Positions 1-13,744 of a DNA stretch of 64,000 nt are shown piece by piece; position 1 is the first letter of the stretch, and each line of letters starts with the position of its first letter. The stretch comes from Felis catus (lineage: Eukaryota): contig NC_058373.1 in NCBI RefSeq assembly GCF_018350175.1, forward strand, positions 112,222,001-112,286,000, given 5' to 3'. The translations under genes and the position numbers were made by a program. Below the pieces are notes generated by a model. The model had not been told where the DNA came from. It saw only the letters and a program-made list of their open reading frames with translations, and searched no databases.

Positions 1-1119
1 TTAAAGGCAAGGAAAGCACTCCGTGACCATTACAGTAGTCCAGCTGATAAATAATTAAATGGGAAGGGAAGAAAGAATGGGAAAATGAAGTTTATTTAAA
101 AATCATAATAAACTAAGTTTATTACCAACAAAAGTACAAATGAAAAAATGAGTGTCTTCCTGGAGAAAACCATGATGGTAGATTCCAGGCAAGTGAGGCT
201 GGTTTGGTAAAAGCATGTGATCACTTCAGCCAGTTAACAGTTGGAGAGGTACCCAGGTGGAATCATATCCGGTTTCAGTAACTGTTTGAATTATTTGAGG
301 AATGCAAGGGGGAAACTATAGGAGTTTTCCCTCACTCTGCATCCAAACAACTGAGGGCTGACAAGCCAAGAAAACACCCGGATCTTCACAGCATAGGAAA
401 GCCTTCCATGACACCAAAAAGCAGGGTATCTTGGGGAAAGGGACAAATGAACTTTCCTCAGGAAAAGAAAACTAATATTTTTTTTTAAATCTCTGAGCTC
501 CAGACATGTCAATTCATCTAATCAAATTATAGGGCCCTGTGTCAGATCTCAAATGGTAAAGGGATGAAGCGAGCTTATTCCCACCTTACAGGGAGAGGAA
601 GTATTGATAGCAACTGGAAGATAATTGGATGTAGAGTTAAAGGGAAAATGTTGCCTTGAGGATGAAGCCCAGATGGAGGGCACTTTCCTGAGTTTGGAAT
701 TAACAAAAGCACTTCCATGTTCACTCCTCATTTTTCCACAGTACCTTAAAAGACTGGTAATTACAATAGCAAGTATTTGTTTTTCATACCCACTCTCTTA
801 TTTAATCTTTGAAATGTCCCTACTAGGTAAAATTATTCTTGTCTTTATTTTACATATAAAAGAATCAGGATTCAAACATCACAGAACTCTGGTTTTCTGA
901 TAACACATTACAAGAGTTTCAAGTCTGTCAGGGTGATGACCTTGTGGAAAAGGAGAACCAAACATGACAATAACTGAGGAAGCCAAAATTCAGACCCTTT
1001 GGCTTCAAAATGCCATATCCAACTAGCATGACCAGGAGAACATTGTAACTTCACTCTGTTCATAGTTTGTCTAGGTTTGGAGCCCTCAGAATGTGGGCCT
1101 TTGGAAAATCCTGGAGCAA

Positions 1120-1950
1120 ATTCATCCATCCATCCATCCATCCATCCATCCATCCAACCATCCACTCATTTACACATTCAAAGATTTTTTTGAGTGTCTC
1201 CTATGGCCAATCTGGTCCTATGTTCAAAATGCTGGAGATACAGTCAAGGACAACACAGACAAGGTCCTAGTGCTTTGGTGCCTAAATGGGGAGACAGATA
1301 ATGAACAAGTAAAGAAGATATCTTCAGACAGTGCTATAAAAAAGTAAATCTGAGGTAACTGGTACAGGGGTTCTAAGTGGGTATTCAGCATCATGAGTTG
1401 GGTGGGTTGGGGAATACCTCCTCATCTACACAGCTTCTGAAAGTCTTGTGCAGGAAAGTTGTCAGCTTTGCTGAGATTGGGGCAAAGCACCTTCCAGGCA
1501 AAGAGAAGAGCAGATACAAGACCTGAGGCCATCTTAAGTCAAAGCTAAAGGAGCATAGTAGGAGATGAGGCTGGAGAGGTAGGCAGGGAAAGTCTATGTA
1601 GGCATGCTCAGAAGTTTAGATTTTATTCCAATTTCAAAGGAAAACCAGTATAGGGTTTCAGGCAAAAGAGTGATGGTATTTAATTTATGTTTTTAAAAGA
1701 TTCTTGTAGCTGCCGTGTGTAGAATAGATCAAAAGGCAGCATGAGTGACAGCTGGGAGATCAGTTAGGAGAATATTCTATAGCCTACAACGAGAGATGAC
1801 GTGGCATGGATTAGGGTAAAGGCAGTGGAAATGGAGAGAAGTGGGCAGATATGGTATGTCCCATATTTTGAGCAGAAAGCTAATGGACTAGATGCAGAGA
1901 GTGGACTAAAAAAGGGACTCAGGCAAGGATAATTCATAGAGCTAAGTTCT
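1120..1950 (-). mobile_element. L2 3' region fossil
   Basis: cattc-type tail expanded to (CCAT)n; gctggagatacag..acagacaaggtcc; gatgaggctggagaggtaggcagg. Confidence 0.75.
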
Positions 1951-2029
1951 TGCTGTGTCTTCTGGTGAAAGAGGACATCTTTAAGCCTAGGCCATGAATA
2001 TAATAAATCAAGGCAACTGAGGCAATACA

Positions 2030-2260
2030 CAGAATTAGGAAAAACTCAGGCTTTGGCGGCAAAACTATATTCAACCTCTGGTTTCACCACTAATAACTGT
2101 GTAACACTGAACAAATTTCCCTACGTCTCTGAGCATACATTTCCTCATGTATAGAATGGTCATAATAGTGCCTATGTCCTAAAATCATTACTAAATAATT
2201 TATGGAAAACACTTAACACAATAGTAGCATATATTAAGTGCTCAATAAATGTTAGACTAC
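2030..2260 (+). mobile_element. MIR
   Basis: core tctctgagcatacatttcctcatgtatagaatgg; end aagtgctcaataaatgttag. Confidence 0.75.
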
Positions 2261-2705
2261 CATTTTTACCCTTTATCATTAAGAACTATTTACAGGAAAA
2301 CCAAGTGTCACTTTTTTGTTCTACTCTGTGCTTACCTTCTGGGTCTCTTGCTTTTTATCACGCACCTAATCACACCATCCTCTTGGATCTGAAAGTAGTA
2401 TCTCTTTGAGTTGGTGACACAAAAGAAAGGCACTTGATCACCCATTCTCTGGGTTTTCACCTCATGCCAACAGGCACAAGGTTTCTGAGTCTTCTCAGGC
2501 ATCCTTGCCAGGCATATCTGGCAGGTAGGACATTTTCACAGGCCACCCCTGGCCAACTCTCCTCAAGCCAACTAGGATTTCCTTGAATATACTTGGCATA
2601 CTCAGAAGCACAACACAAGTCTTAACACTACATAATACATTCTGAAGCTTGATTATTCATGAATGGAGGCATATTGCGATATAGTTGCATTAGTCATCTG
2701 CCTAG

Positions 2706-2975
2706 ACCAGCATCTTAAAAACACTTTTTTCACCATGACCTATAGTTAGAAATACATCATGACCCAGTAAACAGTGTGTGATGGAAACAAACCATCATGA
2801 AACAGCCTTTATTTTACCACACATGGTGCATTCTGAATATTTCCTGTTTTGTACCCCTGCTCCCCCTCCCGCCCCCCACCTACACACCACCTTTTGTTTC
2901 AAATTCTGGTCACAATCCATTAAATGATTTCATGACCTATTAATGGGTCATGACTCACAGTTTGAAAAACTGTGT
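2706..2975. mobile_element. hAT-Charlie-type non-autonomous element
   Basis: Ends catgacctattaatgggtcatgactcacagtttgaaaaactg. Confidence 0.6.
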
Positions 2976-3750
2976 TGGAAGGTCACAACAAAATTGTTTT
3001 ATAGCTGAGTATATATTTATTTCTCTAAACCTCCTTTCTCAGAAAGTTTCTGTTTCTCTAGCCTCACCCTGTGTAGTTTGCTATGATTTGCATGTGTTTG
3101 AACTCTCTACATCTGTAAAAGGCATTCATTGCTTGTAATTTTTCAAAGGGTGCTTCTAACTCAAGAGTTAGCCCATCTGTTAAGACCTATTTATTGCTTT
3201 TTAAAAGAAAAAAATTAAAAGCAAATTAGGAATTCCAGGCTTACACTAACCAGGATTTTTTTTTTCCTTTTGTAAAAGCCTTCCATCTGTCTGCCCTCTT
3301 TTGGACACAGCTCAAATAGGAGCATGCATCTCATCAAATCAAATGTGGGTGCTGTCAAAAAGCTGCCAAAATATCGTGCCAGTTGCTTAATTTTCTTAAA
3401 GAGAATTAAAATCAGATTTAACATAATGAGTTGTTTGTTTTGTTGCTTTTCTTTCCGTCCATTGTAGAAACATGGAGCTCAATTTACTGCATTTAAGTTT
3501 ATGCGATAGCCTTCCAGAGACAGTCCCAAGGTACACTAAGATAAATCTGGAGAACACAGTTCCACTGGGGCAGATCAGTGGTGGAGAAACAAACCTTTGT
3601 GGGGGTTGGGTACCAAGAGCTTTAACTCTGAACCCATTTAGACCCAGGGTAAGGATAATTACCTCACCTGAGTTGTTTTTCTCTTTCTCACTGGGCCTAA
3701 TTCAGAGGAGCCAAATACCTTCAAAATCCATTCCCAGCAAGTCATTTAAT

Positions 3751-3849
3751 TTTTTTTAATGTAAGCTCTACTCCCCACGTGGGGTTGAACTCATGACACC
3801 CAAGATCAAGAGTCACATGCTTTACCAACTGAGTCAACTAGGTGCCCCT
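3751..3849 (-). mobile_element. Short Can-SINE
   Basis: tRNA-like head in antisense; TSD agtcatttaat (3740-3750, 3850-3860). Confidence 0.85.
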
Positions 3850-3915
3850 AGTCATTTAATCTTTAACCAGTTCTCTTTCATGACCTAAACTTGAGATTAA
3901 AAATAATAGCTCTCA

Positions 3916-4122
3916 GGGCTCCTGGAGGGCTCAGTCAGTTGAGCATCCAACTCCTGATTTTGGCTCAGATCATGATCTCACAGTTTGTGAAATTGAGCTC
4001 TACACAGGGATCTGTGCTGACAGTGCGGGGCCTGCTCGAGATTCCCTCTCTCCCTCTCTCTGCCCCTCCCCTGCTTGTGCGCTCTCTCTCTCTCTCTCTC
4101 TCAATAAATAAATACACATTAA

Positions 4123-4160
<38 letters not shown>
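3916..4160 (+). mobile_element. Can-SINE with (AAT)n tail
   Basis: tRNA head, (CT)n block, AATAAA, tail. Confidence 0.9.
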
Positions 4161-4162
<2 letters not shown>

Positions 4163-5326
4163 TCTATCGACTCCTCCAAAGATCTTCTAAGAATATGCAG
4201 GAATTAAAGAGTTATGTATAAGTAGATAAAGGGACCAGTTACTGCTCAGTTATCAGATGACACAGCCTGAGGTCTCTTGGAGAGCCCTCCCTCCCTCCAC
4301 AAGTCAGTGGTCTTAGGACTGTGGCCTCAGGACACTGCCTACCACCACCAAGGATGTCACACCTGAAGGGGAGGCTAAAGCCACGCAACTGTTAGGAGCA
4401 AAGACTCTGAAGTCAAGCGACCCTTATGTTCAGCTTCTGGCTTTACTACTTAGATCAAATCACCAATCTCTCTAAACCTCAGTTTTCTCCTTGTTGGGGG
4501 ATTAAATGAGAATAAATCATATGGAGCACTTAGCACACTCTCTAGCAAAAAACAACGGCCACAAATCGTTGATGCTATTATTATTGGTTTTGTTATTGTT
4601 ATGAAAAAAAGGAACTTACTCCAGTATCTTGTAGGTATAGAGCAATCAAAATATAAAGAAGTCTATAAAAAAGAAGGAAGGTGGCCTGCTTCAGATGAAT
4701 ATGATGATGAAACCAAATGCTTATATTTGAAAAACAATGACACAGTACAAAATAAAACACTGATGAAGATGAAGAAGTAAAGCTGGGAAAAAAATGTTTA
4801 ATGGAGTATTTAGGAAGAATTGCTTTTCAGAATCAGGCGTTGGGCCCTATTTAATCCTGCATATATCTTCTAACCTAATCATAGAGGTTTATTAAAGCAG
4901 AAGCTTATTTTCCAATTTCCCTTCATGTCATTTTCATCTCTACGTGTCATCTTCTCATTCTGAAGAATCCTCTACAGGAAAGCTAATTTTTGTTTATGCA
5001 AAATATGTTTGTTATGGACTCTATCCCATCTCCACTAATTCTTTATTATTGTCCTGTGATGTTAAATCACCTTCTGCCATTCTAATCAATGTACCCCATG
5101 AATTTTCAAGTTTGAAGAGCTTGATAGAGTGAAAATAACTGTGGCAACATTTTGGGTGGGTTTTAGCAGCATTTCTTTGTTTATAGCATTTAGCATAATC
5201 TATTTATTTATCTTCCCATTTCATGGAATAAGAATCCTGTCTCCAGTTTTCAGTTCTGTTCAATGACTCTCCTCATAACATCTAACAGAGTTCTTTTTAA
5301 TGCATGATTTCTAAAATACATCTCCT

Positions 5327-5463
5327 GGGGCGCCTGGGTAGGGCTCAGTGGGCTAAACATCTGACTCTTAGCTCAGCTCACATCTTGATCTCAGGGTTGT
5401 GTGTTCAAGCCCTGCATTGGGCTCTGCCCTGGGCATGAAGCCTACTTAAAAAAAAAAAAAAAA
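5327..5463 (+). mobile_element. Short Can-SINE
   Basis: ggggcgcctgggt head, B-box gttcaagccc, poly(A). Confidence 0.85.
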
Positions 5464-6547
5464 GTCTCCTAACTACCTAGGCAAGGAGATCTTTCCAGCC
5501 TAACTCAATTCACTTCTAAGATACATGTATTTGTGGAAAATGAAATATGTTTAGCTGTACTTCCCAGGTGATTTATTTTATTATTCCAGAAAGTCTTTAT
5601 CCTTATTTCTGATTGATCAGCATTTGGCTATGGTCCCTCAGACTCTCCATCAAGTAACTAATGACCAATAAACAGAATGTGCCAAGGAAATCATAATTTA
5701 AAGAAATCCTGATTTTTAAGAAAATGAGTTTGTAAAGTGAGTATTACTTTATAATGTAAATAAGTTTCCAATTTACCTAGGCTTACATTGAGATTTCTGT
5801 ACAGCACTTTTCTTAAAGGGGAACCTTAAGATTGCATTGTAAAGGAAAAACAAACCCATATTAAAATCCCAGAAATGTTTCTTTTGTGCAGTCTTGAGCA
5901 AGGTATTTAGCTTCTCAGAACCTCAGTTTCCTTATCTGTTAATGGTGGTGATAATATCCACCTTAAGTGTTGTAAGGATTAAAAATGATAATATTCCTGG
6001 TACATAGTAGGCACTTAATAAAGTCTAGCTAGTATTATAACCAGAGTTTCTAATAGAAAATAAAAGATAGAAGAAGCTGAAGAATAAGTCAAACTGGAAA
6101 ATTATTTTTAAATAGAGTAATCAGGAAGAACTACTCTCATGAATCGATTGAATGTCCCTTTAGTGCTAAGTCATTCATACTAAGCAGCCATCCACTGTGT
6201 CCACTGGTGTGGCCCTTTGGGAGAAACCCTAAATGCTTAGACTTCTGCCTTTGCCACCATGCTGATTTCCTTCTGTGTCATTGATTAATCAACCTTGCTT
6301 GATTTGCCCAAGCATGATCTGGGTCTGGTCCTTTACTGGAGGCTAGAGCTGACATTTGTTAATGTGATGGCCAAGCAGGATTAAATGAGATAATGCAGGG
6401 CTAGCATCTTAAGTGCTCCTTTAATATTGTTACTATTTCCTAACTGGTAAAAGTGGTTAGACAACATGACCCCTGAATTCTATTTTATTTTTTAATATTT
6501 CATGACATCAACCCAAAAGACACTAACATGATTCGCTGAAAACGATG

Positions 6548-6800
6548 CAGTCTTATCTACAATTGCAAAATACGAAGTGCTCTTAAAACTGAAAGTTTTT
6601 TTCATTACTCATTCATCTGCAAATCTAACCTGAATGGCTATGAGGCTATTTATAGTTCTTACATATTTCACTGCAGAAATATTCATTCATTTGATTACAG
6701 GGTACAGGCCCTGCTGTCTGTGTTATATTATACAGATTGTGTAATTCCTTTACAGTGGCCTGCAAATACTGTAATCCAGGATCATATCTGGGAATCCTGA
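6548..6800 (-). mobile_element. MER46C-like Tigger element
   Basis: gaggctatttatagt; ctgcagaaatatt..tttgattacagggt match the recalled consensus. Confidence 0.65.
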
Positions 6801-8044
6801 GATTTACCATCACCAGCTCTTTTCCTACGGAGAGCTCAGCACAGTACCCTGCCTAAGGCAACCTTCTCCATTCAACTGATTAAATTCTTGTGAAGTATGT
6901 TTCTGCCTTACAATTCTTCCTGCAAATCAGGTTTCAGTCATTTGACTCCACAAAGGTATAGATGGTAAAGAAAAAGGAACCAAAATCAAATCAGTAATTT
7001 TGCCTAATTATCAGCTGTGAAGAAAATTTTTGATTAAGAAAGAAACTATTGAAATTTTTAGTAAAAAATGAGACTTAGTTATCATGTGGAGATTTCACAT
7101 GGTATCACATCCTTCTAAGACTATAGCACCAGTATCAAAAGACATTTAGCTAAGTGTTTTCCAAAGATCTTCCACATATTATTTTCCCCAAAGTACCGAT
7201 TATAGAAAATATTATACCCATTTTTACAAATGAGAAAACTGAAACCCAGCATACTTTTCTAATTACTATGCATAACATCAACAACAAAGATGTTTTTGTG
7301 TAAAAACTAGTAAGTACACCCTATATACTTAAGAACACCAATTTTCAGAAATAGAAGTCATCTCCAGAACTTGAGGTACCAAAAATTCACCTCAGAATTT
7401 AATTATTCCAGGAATAGCCCCTTCCAGCCATTGTCTTATAAAATTTCAAAAACTTTGAATCCTGTTTCTAATTGTCCATCCATACAGTGACTTTAAGTCA
7501 CACCAGAGGAATTCTTTTTGCATATAAATATTTCATTGTTCCAGCATATTTGTTGTAAAGATTATATTTTCTAGTTATTGCCTTGGCACTTTTGTCAAGA
7601 ATCAGTTGACCATATATATATTAAGATATACTTTAGATCCTGTTCTGTTGGCCTATTTTTCTATCTTTAGGCCAAAATCACATTATCTTGATCATTTTAC
7701 AGTAAGTCTTAAAATCACATACCATAAGTCCTCCAACTTTGTTCTTTATTTCCAAAATTGATTTGTCTATATTAAGTCTTCTGTGTTTCCATATAAATTT
7801 TAGCATCAGCTTATCTATTTCTACAAAAAAGAAGACTGCTAGGATTTCGACATCTTAAGGACAGTGAGTTATGCAATTAATGAACATGGTATAGCTCTCA
7901 TAGGTCTTTAATTTCCCACAATAATATGTATGTTTTCAATATACAGCTCTAGGATGTTTTAGTAAATTTATTCCTAAATATTACATAGTTTTTTATGCTA
8001 TTGAAAGTGGTATTTTTTATTGAAATTTCCAGTTGTTGCAATTA

Positions 8045-9517
8045 CTATTGATCTCATTTTTCGCAGTACTTGTTTTATGAAGTTACCAAAAACACTAAAT
8101 TAGTGAATCCTGAACCTTTGCTCCTAGGGGAAATACAGGATTAGGCTCTTGTGAATCTCTTTTCACAACATTGTCATCAAATGATCAAAACATAGCCTTG
8201 TTTTTTTGTCTATTTCTGTTTAAAGACACCTTATTTTTTTTTTATATATGAAATTTATTGACATTGGTTTCCATACAACACCCAGTGCTCATCCCAAAAG
8301 GTGCCCTCCTCAATACCCATCACCCACCCTCTCCTCCCTCCCACCCCCCATTAACCCTCAGTTTGTTCTCAGTTTTTAACAGTCTCTTATGCTTTGGCTC
8401 TCTCCCACTCTAACCTCTTTTTTTTTTTTTTTCCTTCCCCTCCCCCATGGGTTCCTGTTAAGTTTCTCAGGATCCACATAAGAGTGAAACCATATGGTAT
8501 CTGTCTTTCTCTGTATGGCTTATTTCACTTAGCATCACACTCTCCAGTTCCATCCACGTTGCTACAAAAGGTCATAATTCATTTTTTCTCATTGCCACGT
8601 AATATTCCATTGTGTATATAAACCACAATTTCTTTATCCATTCATCAGTTGATGGACATTTAGGCTCTTTCCATAATTTGGCTATTGTTGAGAGTGCTGC
8701 TATGAACATTGGGGTACAAGTGCCCCTATGCATCAGTACTCCTGTATCCCTTGGATAAATCCCTAGCAGTGCTATTGCTGGGTCATAGGGTAGGTCTATT
8801 TTTAATTTTCTGAGGAACCTCCACACTGCTCTCCGGAGCGGCTTCACCAATTTGCATTCCCACCAACAGTGCAAGAGGGTTCCCGTTTCTCCACATCCTC
8901 TCCAGCATCTATAGTCTCCTGATTTGTTCATTTTGGCCACTCTGACTGGCGTGAGGTGATACCTGAGTGTGGTTTTGATTTGTATTTCCCTGATAAGGAG
9001 CGACGCTGAACATCTTTTCATGTGCCTGTTGGCAATCCGGATGAAAGACACCTTATTTAATATACATTGTAGTCTCATTAATATTGAACTCACAGTTGAC
9101 AGCACTGAAACTCATGCCTGAATGAACCAAACCAAGTCAGGCACATCACAGCTTTCTTGCACTGTGGAACATTATTCAGCATTTCAGCCCTATACTTGGG
9201 TATAGCACACTCATCAATACTTTGAAATAGCATACTCATCAACAAAAAGCACAAAATGCAAAAAAAAAAAAAAAAAAGTGACACTGGCATGCAAAAAGGA
9301 TACTTGTTAATGATATGAGATCTGAAACAAGAAAGCAGAGCATCACTTTGTTCAAGTGTATCTGAGAATATGAGTGTTGGGTAACCCAAATTTTTCTCTG
9401 CTCTTGTACATGTCCACAAATGACATGAAAGGACTGTAAGCATTGATTTGGACATTACAAATAAATTTGAGTAAGCAAATTTGCAAATATAAAATCCATA
9501 AATAATGAATTTTATAT
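8045..9517 (-). mobile_element. MER82-like TcMar-Tigger DNA transposon, split by the young L1
   Basis: Flanks join into the recalled MER82 consensus (ctcctaggggaaatacagg; gaaacaagaaagcagagc; tacaaataaattt..gcaaatttgcaaata). Confidence 0.8.
8237..9043 (-). mobile_element. Young 5'-truncated L1 (ORF2 C-terminus plus 3' UTR)
   Basis: Perfect 15-bp TSD aaagacaccttattt (8222-8236, 9044-9058); open frame with intact [19 protein letters not shown]-tract tail. Confidence 0.96.
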
Positions 9518-10252
9518 ATAAATATAACTGAATTCTCAAGTTGTTTACACAATTGATATTTACCTCCTATCCTGTGACTATGTTAAACTCATTTATAAGT
9601 TCCAGTAGTTTTTTAGAGGTTCTTTAGGATTTTCCACATTGAAAACCATGTAAAGTCTTCTATATCCTCACTAATTTTCTCTCTCCATTTACCATCATCT
9701 CTGAGAGAGGAATATTGAAATATGACTATAATTATGGATTTCTATTTCTCCTTTAATTTCCATCAGTTTTGGCATTATGTATTTTGAGCGTCTGTTATTA
9801 TATACATTCATGTTTAGAATTGTTATGTTTTCTTGATAAATTGACCCATTTATCATTATCCATGGTAATATTCCTTTTTCTGAAATTTACTTTATCTGAT
9901 ATCAATATAATCACTCCAGCTTTCTTTAAATTAGTATTTGTATAGTATATCTTTACCCTTTTATTTTTAATTTATCTGTATATTTAGAATTCAAAACTGG
10001 TTTCCTATAGATAACATAAAATTGGGACTTGATTTTTAATAATCCCTGCTTTTTACTTGGGTTGTTTAGGCTTTTTACATCTAATGTGATTTTGATGTGG
10101 TTGGCTTTATAGCTAACATCTTGTTATTTGTTTTCTATTTTCCTCTCTTCCTGTCTTCTGTTGGAATAATTGAATATGGTTTATGGTTCCATTTTATCTT
10201 CATTTTTGGCCTATTGGCTATACTTTTTGGTTTTGCAGATTGTTTTAGGGTT

Positions 10253-11020
10253 TGTCAAGAGAAGAGGAGACCACTGATGTGATGTGGGTTAGTCAAGAAA
10301 GAATTCTTGAGATGTTTTCAATACAAAATAGTGTTTTTACTAAAGCACAGGGACAAGACCCATGGGCAGAAAGAGCTACACTGTGATTGTGAGGAGCATT
10401 TGATCATATACTTTTAAGTAGGGGAGTAGAAATAGTTTCTAAAGGGATTTTCATATGTTAAAGAAGACTTACAGGATCCTGGGGATCTGGCTATTGTCAA
10501 GCTAAGGTTACTTTTTTGCCTCTGGCAAAACATTAACATTAAGGCAGTTGTGAATTCCTTGAGGAATGTCTTACTTTGCCTGTCTCAGGTATTTATCAAT
10601 GGGTTATCAGTTGTAAGGAAATTTAATTTTATCTACATTTCTTTTGCCTTTGTTCTCCTCATCAACTACCACTCAATACTTGAAATGAAAAAGCAATAGA
10701 AAAGAAGAGCTATGCTGATGAGGCAGAGTATCTCAGAGCAAAGCAGATTACTGATTTTTATATTTGGTTTTGGAAATGTGGAGTTCAGGAATTGATGGAC
10801 TTTGAGAGGTGTAAGTGAAAGTGTGATGACTCAGGTAAAATGACTGTTGACTGGTTGACACTCAGTGGCATGTTTATGGAAGTGAGTGCATCCTGGATTG
10901 ATTCACTTCAGTAGTGAAGGGCTGACACTGATCTGCTGACTTGGAAAGGCATGTTCACTGATGTGAGTGGTTAGTTGGTTAAACAGCTTCAAAGGCAGTT
11001 CTAGTGGCTACTTTTCACCA
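10253..11020 (-). mobile_element. LTR-like sequence (probably ERV-derived) inserted in the old L1
   Basis: Abrupt interruption of L1 sequence, tg...ca ends, resembles carnivore ERV LTRs; family not identified. Confidence 0.5.
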
Positions 11021-11039
11021 TCGCCAAAGCCTGAACATC

Positions 11040-11497
11040 TTATTCTCAGATTTAAAACCTATGTCTGTAACTTATTATAGTCTAGTTTCAAATAATATTA
11101 TACCACTTCATGTATATTGTGGGAATCTTACCACAATATGCTTCAATTTCTCCCCTTTCATCCATTGTGCTATGCGGGCATATTTTATTTCTACATTTAT
11201 TATTAATCCCAAGATACATTGTTATTATTTTTAAATAATCATCTTTTGAATTTTTTAATAATAAAAGAAATTTTTTATATCTTCTTATATATTTGCCATT
11301 TCCAGTTCCTTTCATTCTTCTCTATAGATCCAAATTTTCATCCAGTTTTATTTTCCATCTGTTTAAAGAGCTTCCTTTTACATTTCTTGCAGTATAGGCT
11401 GCTGGTGATAAATTCTACTTTTGCTTTTCTGTTTTATGAAAATGTCTTTTTTTTTTGCTTTTATTTTTTGAAAAATATTTTTGTTGGTTATGTAATC

Positions 11498-11531
<34 letters not shown>

Positions 11532-12950
11532 CACACATACACATGTATATATTTTTTTCCCCTTCCATACTATAAAGACATCAGTCCATTGTCTTTCATG
11601 GTTTTTAGCAAGAAGTCTATTATCCTTTCTTTGTCCCTCTTTATGAACTGTGTCTTTTGTCTCTAGCTGCTTTAATATTTTGTCTTCATTATTGGATATC
11701 AGCAATTTTATTATGATACGTTTTGTGTGGTTTTCTTCTGTTTCTTCTACTTGAGGTACATTGAACTTCCTAGATCTGTGGGCTTATAGTGTTCATCAAA
11801 TTTGGAAATTTTTTTACTATTATTTCCTCAAATATTTTTCTGTCTCTCCTTGTTTTCTCCTTCTGGGGCTTCAATTGCATGTGCATTAGACTACCTGATA
11901 GTGTCCCACAAAGCACTGATTTACTTGTCATTGATTTTTTTCCTCCATTTCATTTTAGATAGTTTGTACTGTGACATCTTTAAATTCATTGATCATTTTT
12001 TCTGCAGAGTTATAATTAACCATTAATTCCATTCGATTATTTTTCATTTCTGATATATATTTTTTTATTTTTCAAAGTTCAATTGGGATGTTTTTGTATC
12101 TTCCCTTTCTTCATTTTTTTATTTCCTCTCCTTTCTCAAACATATGGAAATAGGAGTTTTAATGTCTCTCAGATAATTCCATCTTATCTGTCATTTCTAG
12201 ATATGCTTCTATTGATTTTTCTCCTAATTATAGATGATATCTTGCTTCTTTGGATGCTTGATAATTTTTCATGGATGTGGAACATTTTTAGTTGTATACT
12301 GTAATGTGCTAGATTTTGTTGTATTCCTTTATTGCTAAACTTTGTTCTGGAATGCAGTTCAATTAATTATAATAAGTTTGATCACTTCAAAGTTTGTTCT
12401 TATACTTTGTTAGTGTAGATTTAGGGCAGCCTTTAATCTGAGATTAATTTGGCCAGCTAGTGAGAACACCAACAATTCCCCCCCCCCCCCCCCCCGTAAA
12501 ATCTACCTACTTTCCAGGGTTCTTCCTAAAACCCCAGGTAATTTTCTCACATGCATGAGCAGATAATTACTTAGACAAAGACTCAAAGAATTCCTTCGAC
12601 AGATTTGCAAAGATCTCTGTCTATGAAATTCTCCCCTGGCCCTTATTTTTATCTGAAAATTCTAGCCATCTTGGTCTGCTTAAATTTCAAACTGTCTCCT
12701 CAATTCAACATGATGGCTAGTGTCTGTTTGGGGTCCCCTTTCCTGTATTGCCATCTGGAAACTCTCTCCAGATAAGCTATTATGATTGTAGGGCTCACCT
12801 CATTTGTTCCCTTGTCTCAGGAATCATTGTTCTGTGCTGTCTGTTTACCATCATCTAAACCCCATTGTTGCATCTATTTTGCCCAGGTTTATGTTGTTTA
12901 AAGAAGGTAAATAAATATGGTCCTAGTTACTCCATCATAGCCACAAGTTC
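11040..12950 (-). mobile_element. Old L1M ORF1/5' region
   Basis: Typical antisense L1M ORF1 phrases (gctggtgataaattct; ctagatctgtgggcttatagtgttcatcaaatttggaaa). Confidence 0.75.
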
Positions 12951-13014
12951 CCTAAGGGGTTCTTTTAGTGTGAGACGTTTTAGAGACATATGAAAAGATT
13001 AATTAAAAATAAAT

Positions 13015-13219
13015 GGGGCGTCTGGGTGGCTCAGTCGGTTGAGCGACTGACTTTGGCTCAGGTCATGATCTCACGGTTTGGGAGTTCGAGCCCCGCATTG
13101 GGCTCTGTGCTGACAGCTCAGAGCCTGGAGCCTGCTTTGGATTCTGTGTCTCCCTCTCTCTCTGCCCCTCCCTCACTCATGCTCTGTCTCTGTCTCAGAA
13201 ATAAATAAACATAAAAAAA
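13015..13219 (+). mobile_element. SINEC_Fc-type Can-SINE
   Basis: Full head, gctgacagctcagagcctggagcctg body, tail. Confidence 0.93.
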
Positions 13220-13237
13220 TTTTTTAAGAATAATTGA

Positions 13238-13456
13238 GGGGCACCTGAGTGGCTCAGTCAGTTGAGCGCCCGACTTCAGCTCAGGTCATGAATTCATGGT
13301 TCATGAGTTTGAGCCCCTTATTGAGCTCTGTGCTGACAGCTCAGAACCTGGAACTTGCTTCAGATTCCATGTGTCTCTCTTTCTGTTCCTCCCCCGCTCA
13401 CACTCTGCCTGTCTCTCTCTCAAAAATAAAGAAAGAATTAAAAAATAAAAATAAAT
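13238..13456 (+). mobile_element. SINEC_Fc-type Can-SINE, tandem with the previous copy
   Basis: Full element flanked by aataattga repeats. Confidence 0.92.
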
Positions 13457-13744
13457 AATTGAACTGCTTTTTTTGAAAACAGGTGTTTTGTTTTGTCAGA
13501 TTAATAAACAATTAACTGAGACATAAGTTAATATTTGATCATGCACAGCAGTTAAGTGCATGGACTCTGGAATCATGTTGCCTCAGTTTCAGGGCTGTCA
13601 TCTACAAGCTGTATGAGACGGGTCCATGTACTCATTCCCTCTTTCCCTTTGTTTCCCTATCTGTGGAAGGAAAGTGATAATACTACCTATTCCATGGGGT
13701 TTTAGTGAATATCAAGTGAGCCATATGTATATAAGGCACTACAG

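Larger units (their letters stand above)
7520..10250 (-). mobile_element. Old L1M ORF2 fragments (7520-8045, 9530-10250), split by MER82
   Basis: Antisense L1 ORF2 phrases (ttccatataaattttagcatcagctt; aaatttattcctaaata; atcactccagctttcttt). Confidence 0.75.

Noticed and set aside
908..1347. MDGWMDGW / IHPSIHPS repeat ORFs
   Set aside because: Translation of the (CCAT)n microsatellite at an L2 tail
8572..9105. 177-aa minus-strand ORF, the longest outside the full-length L1
   Set aside because: It is the ORF2 C-terminus of a truncated L1 running in from MER82 flank, not a host gene
13015..13100. tRNA-like sequences with A and B boxes
   Set aside because: These are SINE heads; no standalone cloverleaf tRNA gene was seen
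12990..13458. Recurrent MAQSVERPTSAQVMIS…LTAQSLEPASDSVSP ORFs here and throughout the window
   Set aside because: Translations of Can-SINE copies, not a gene family
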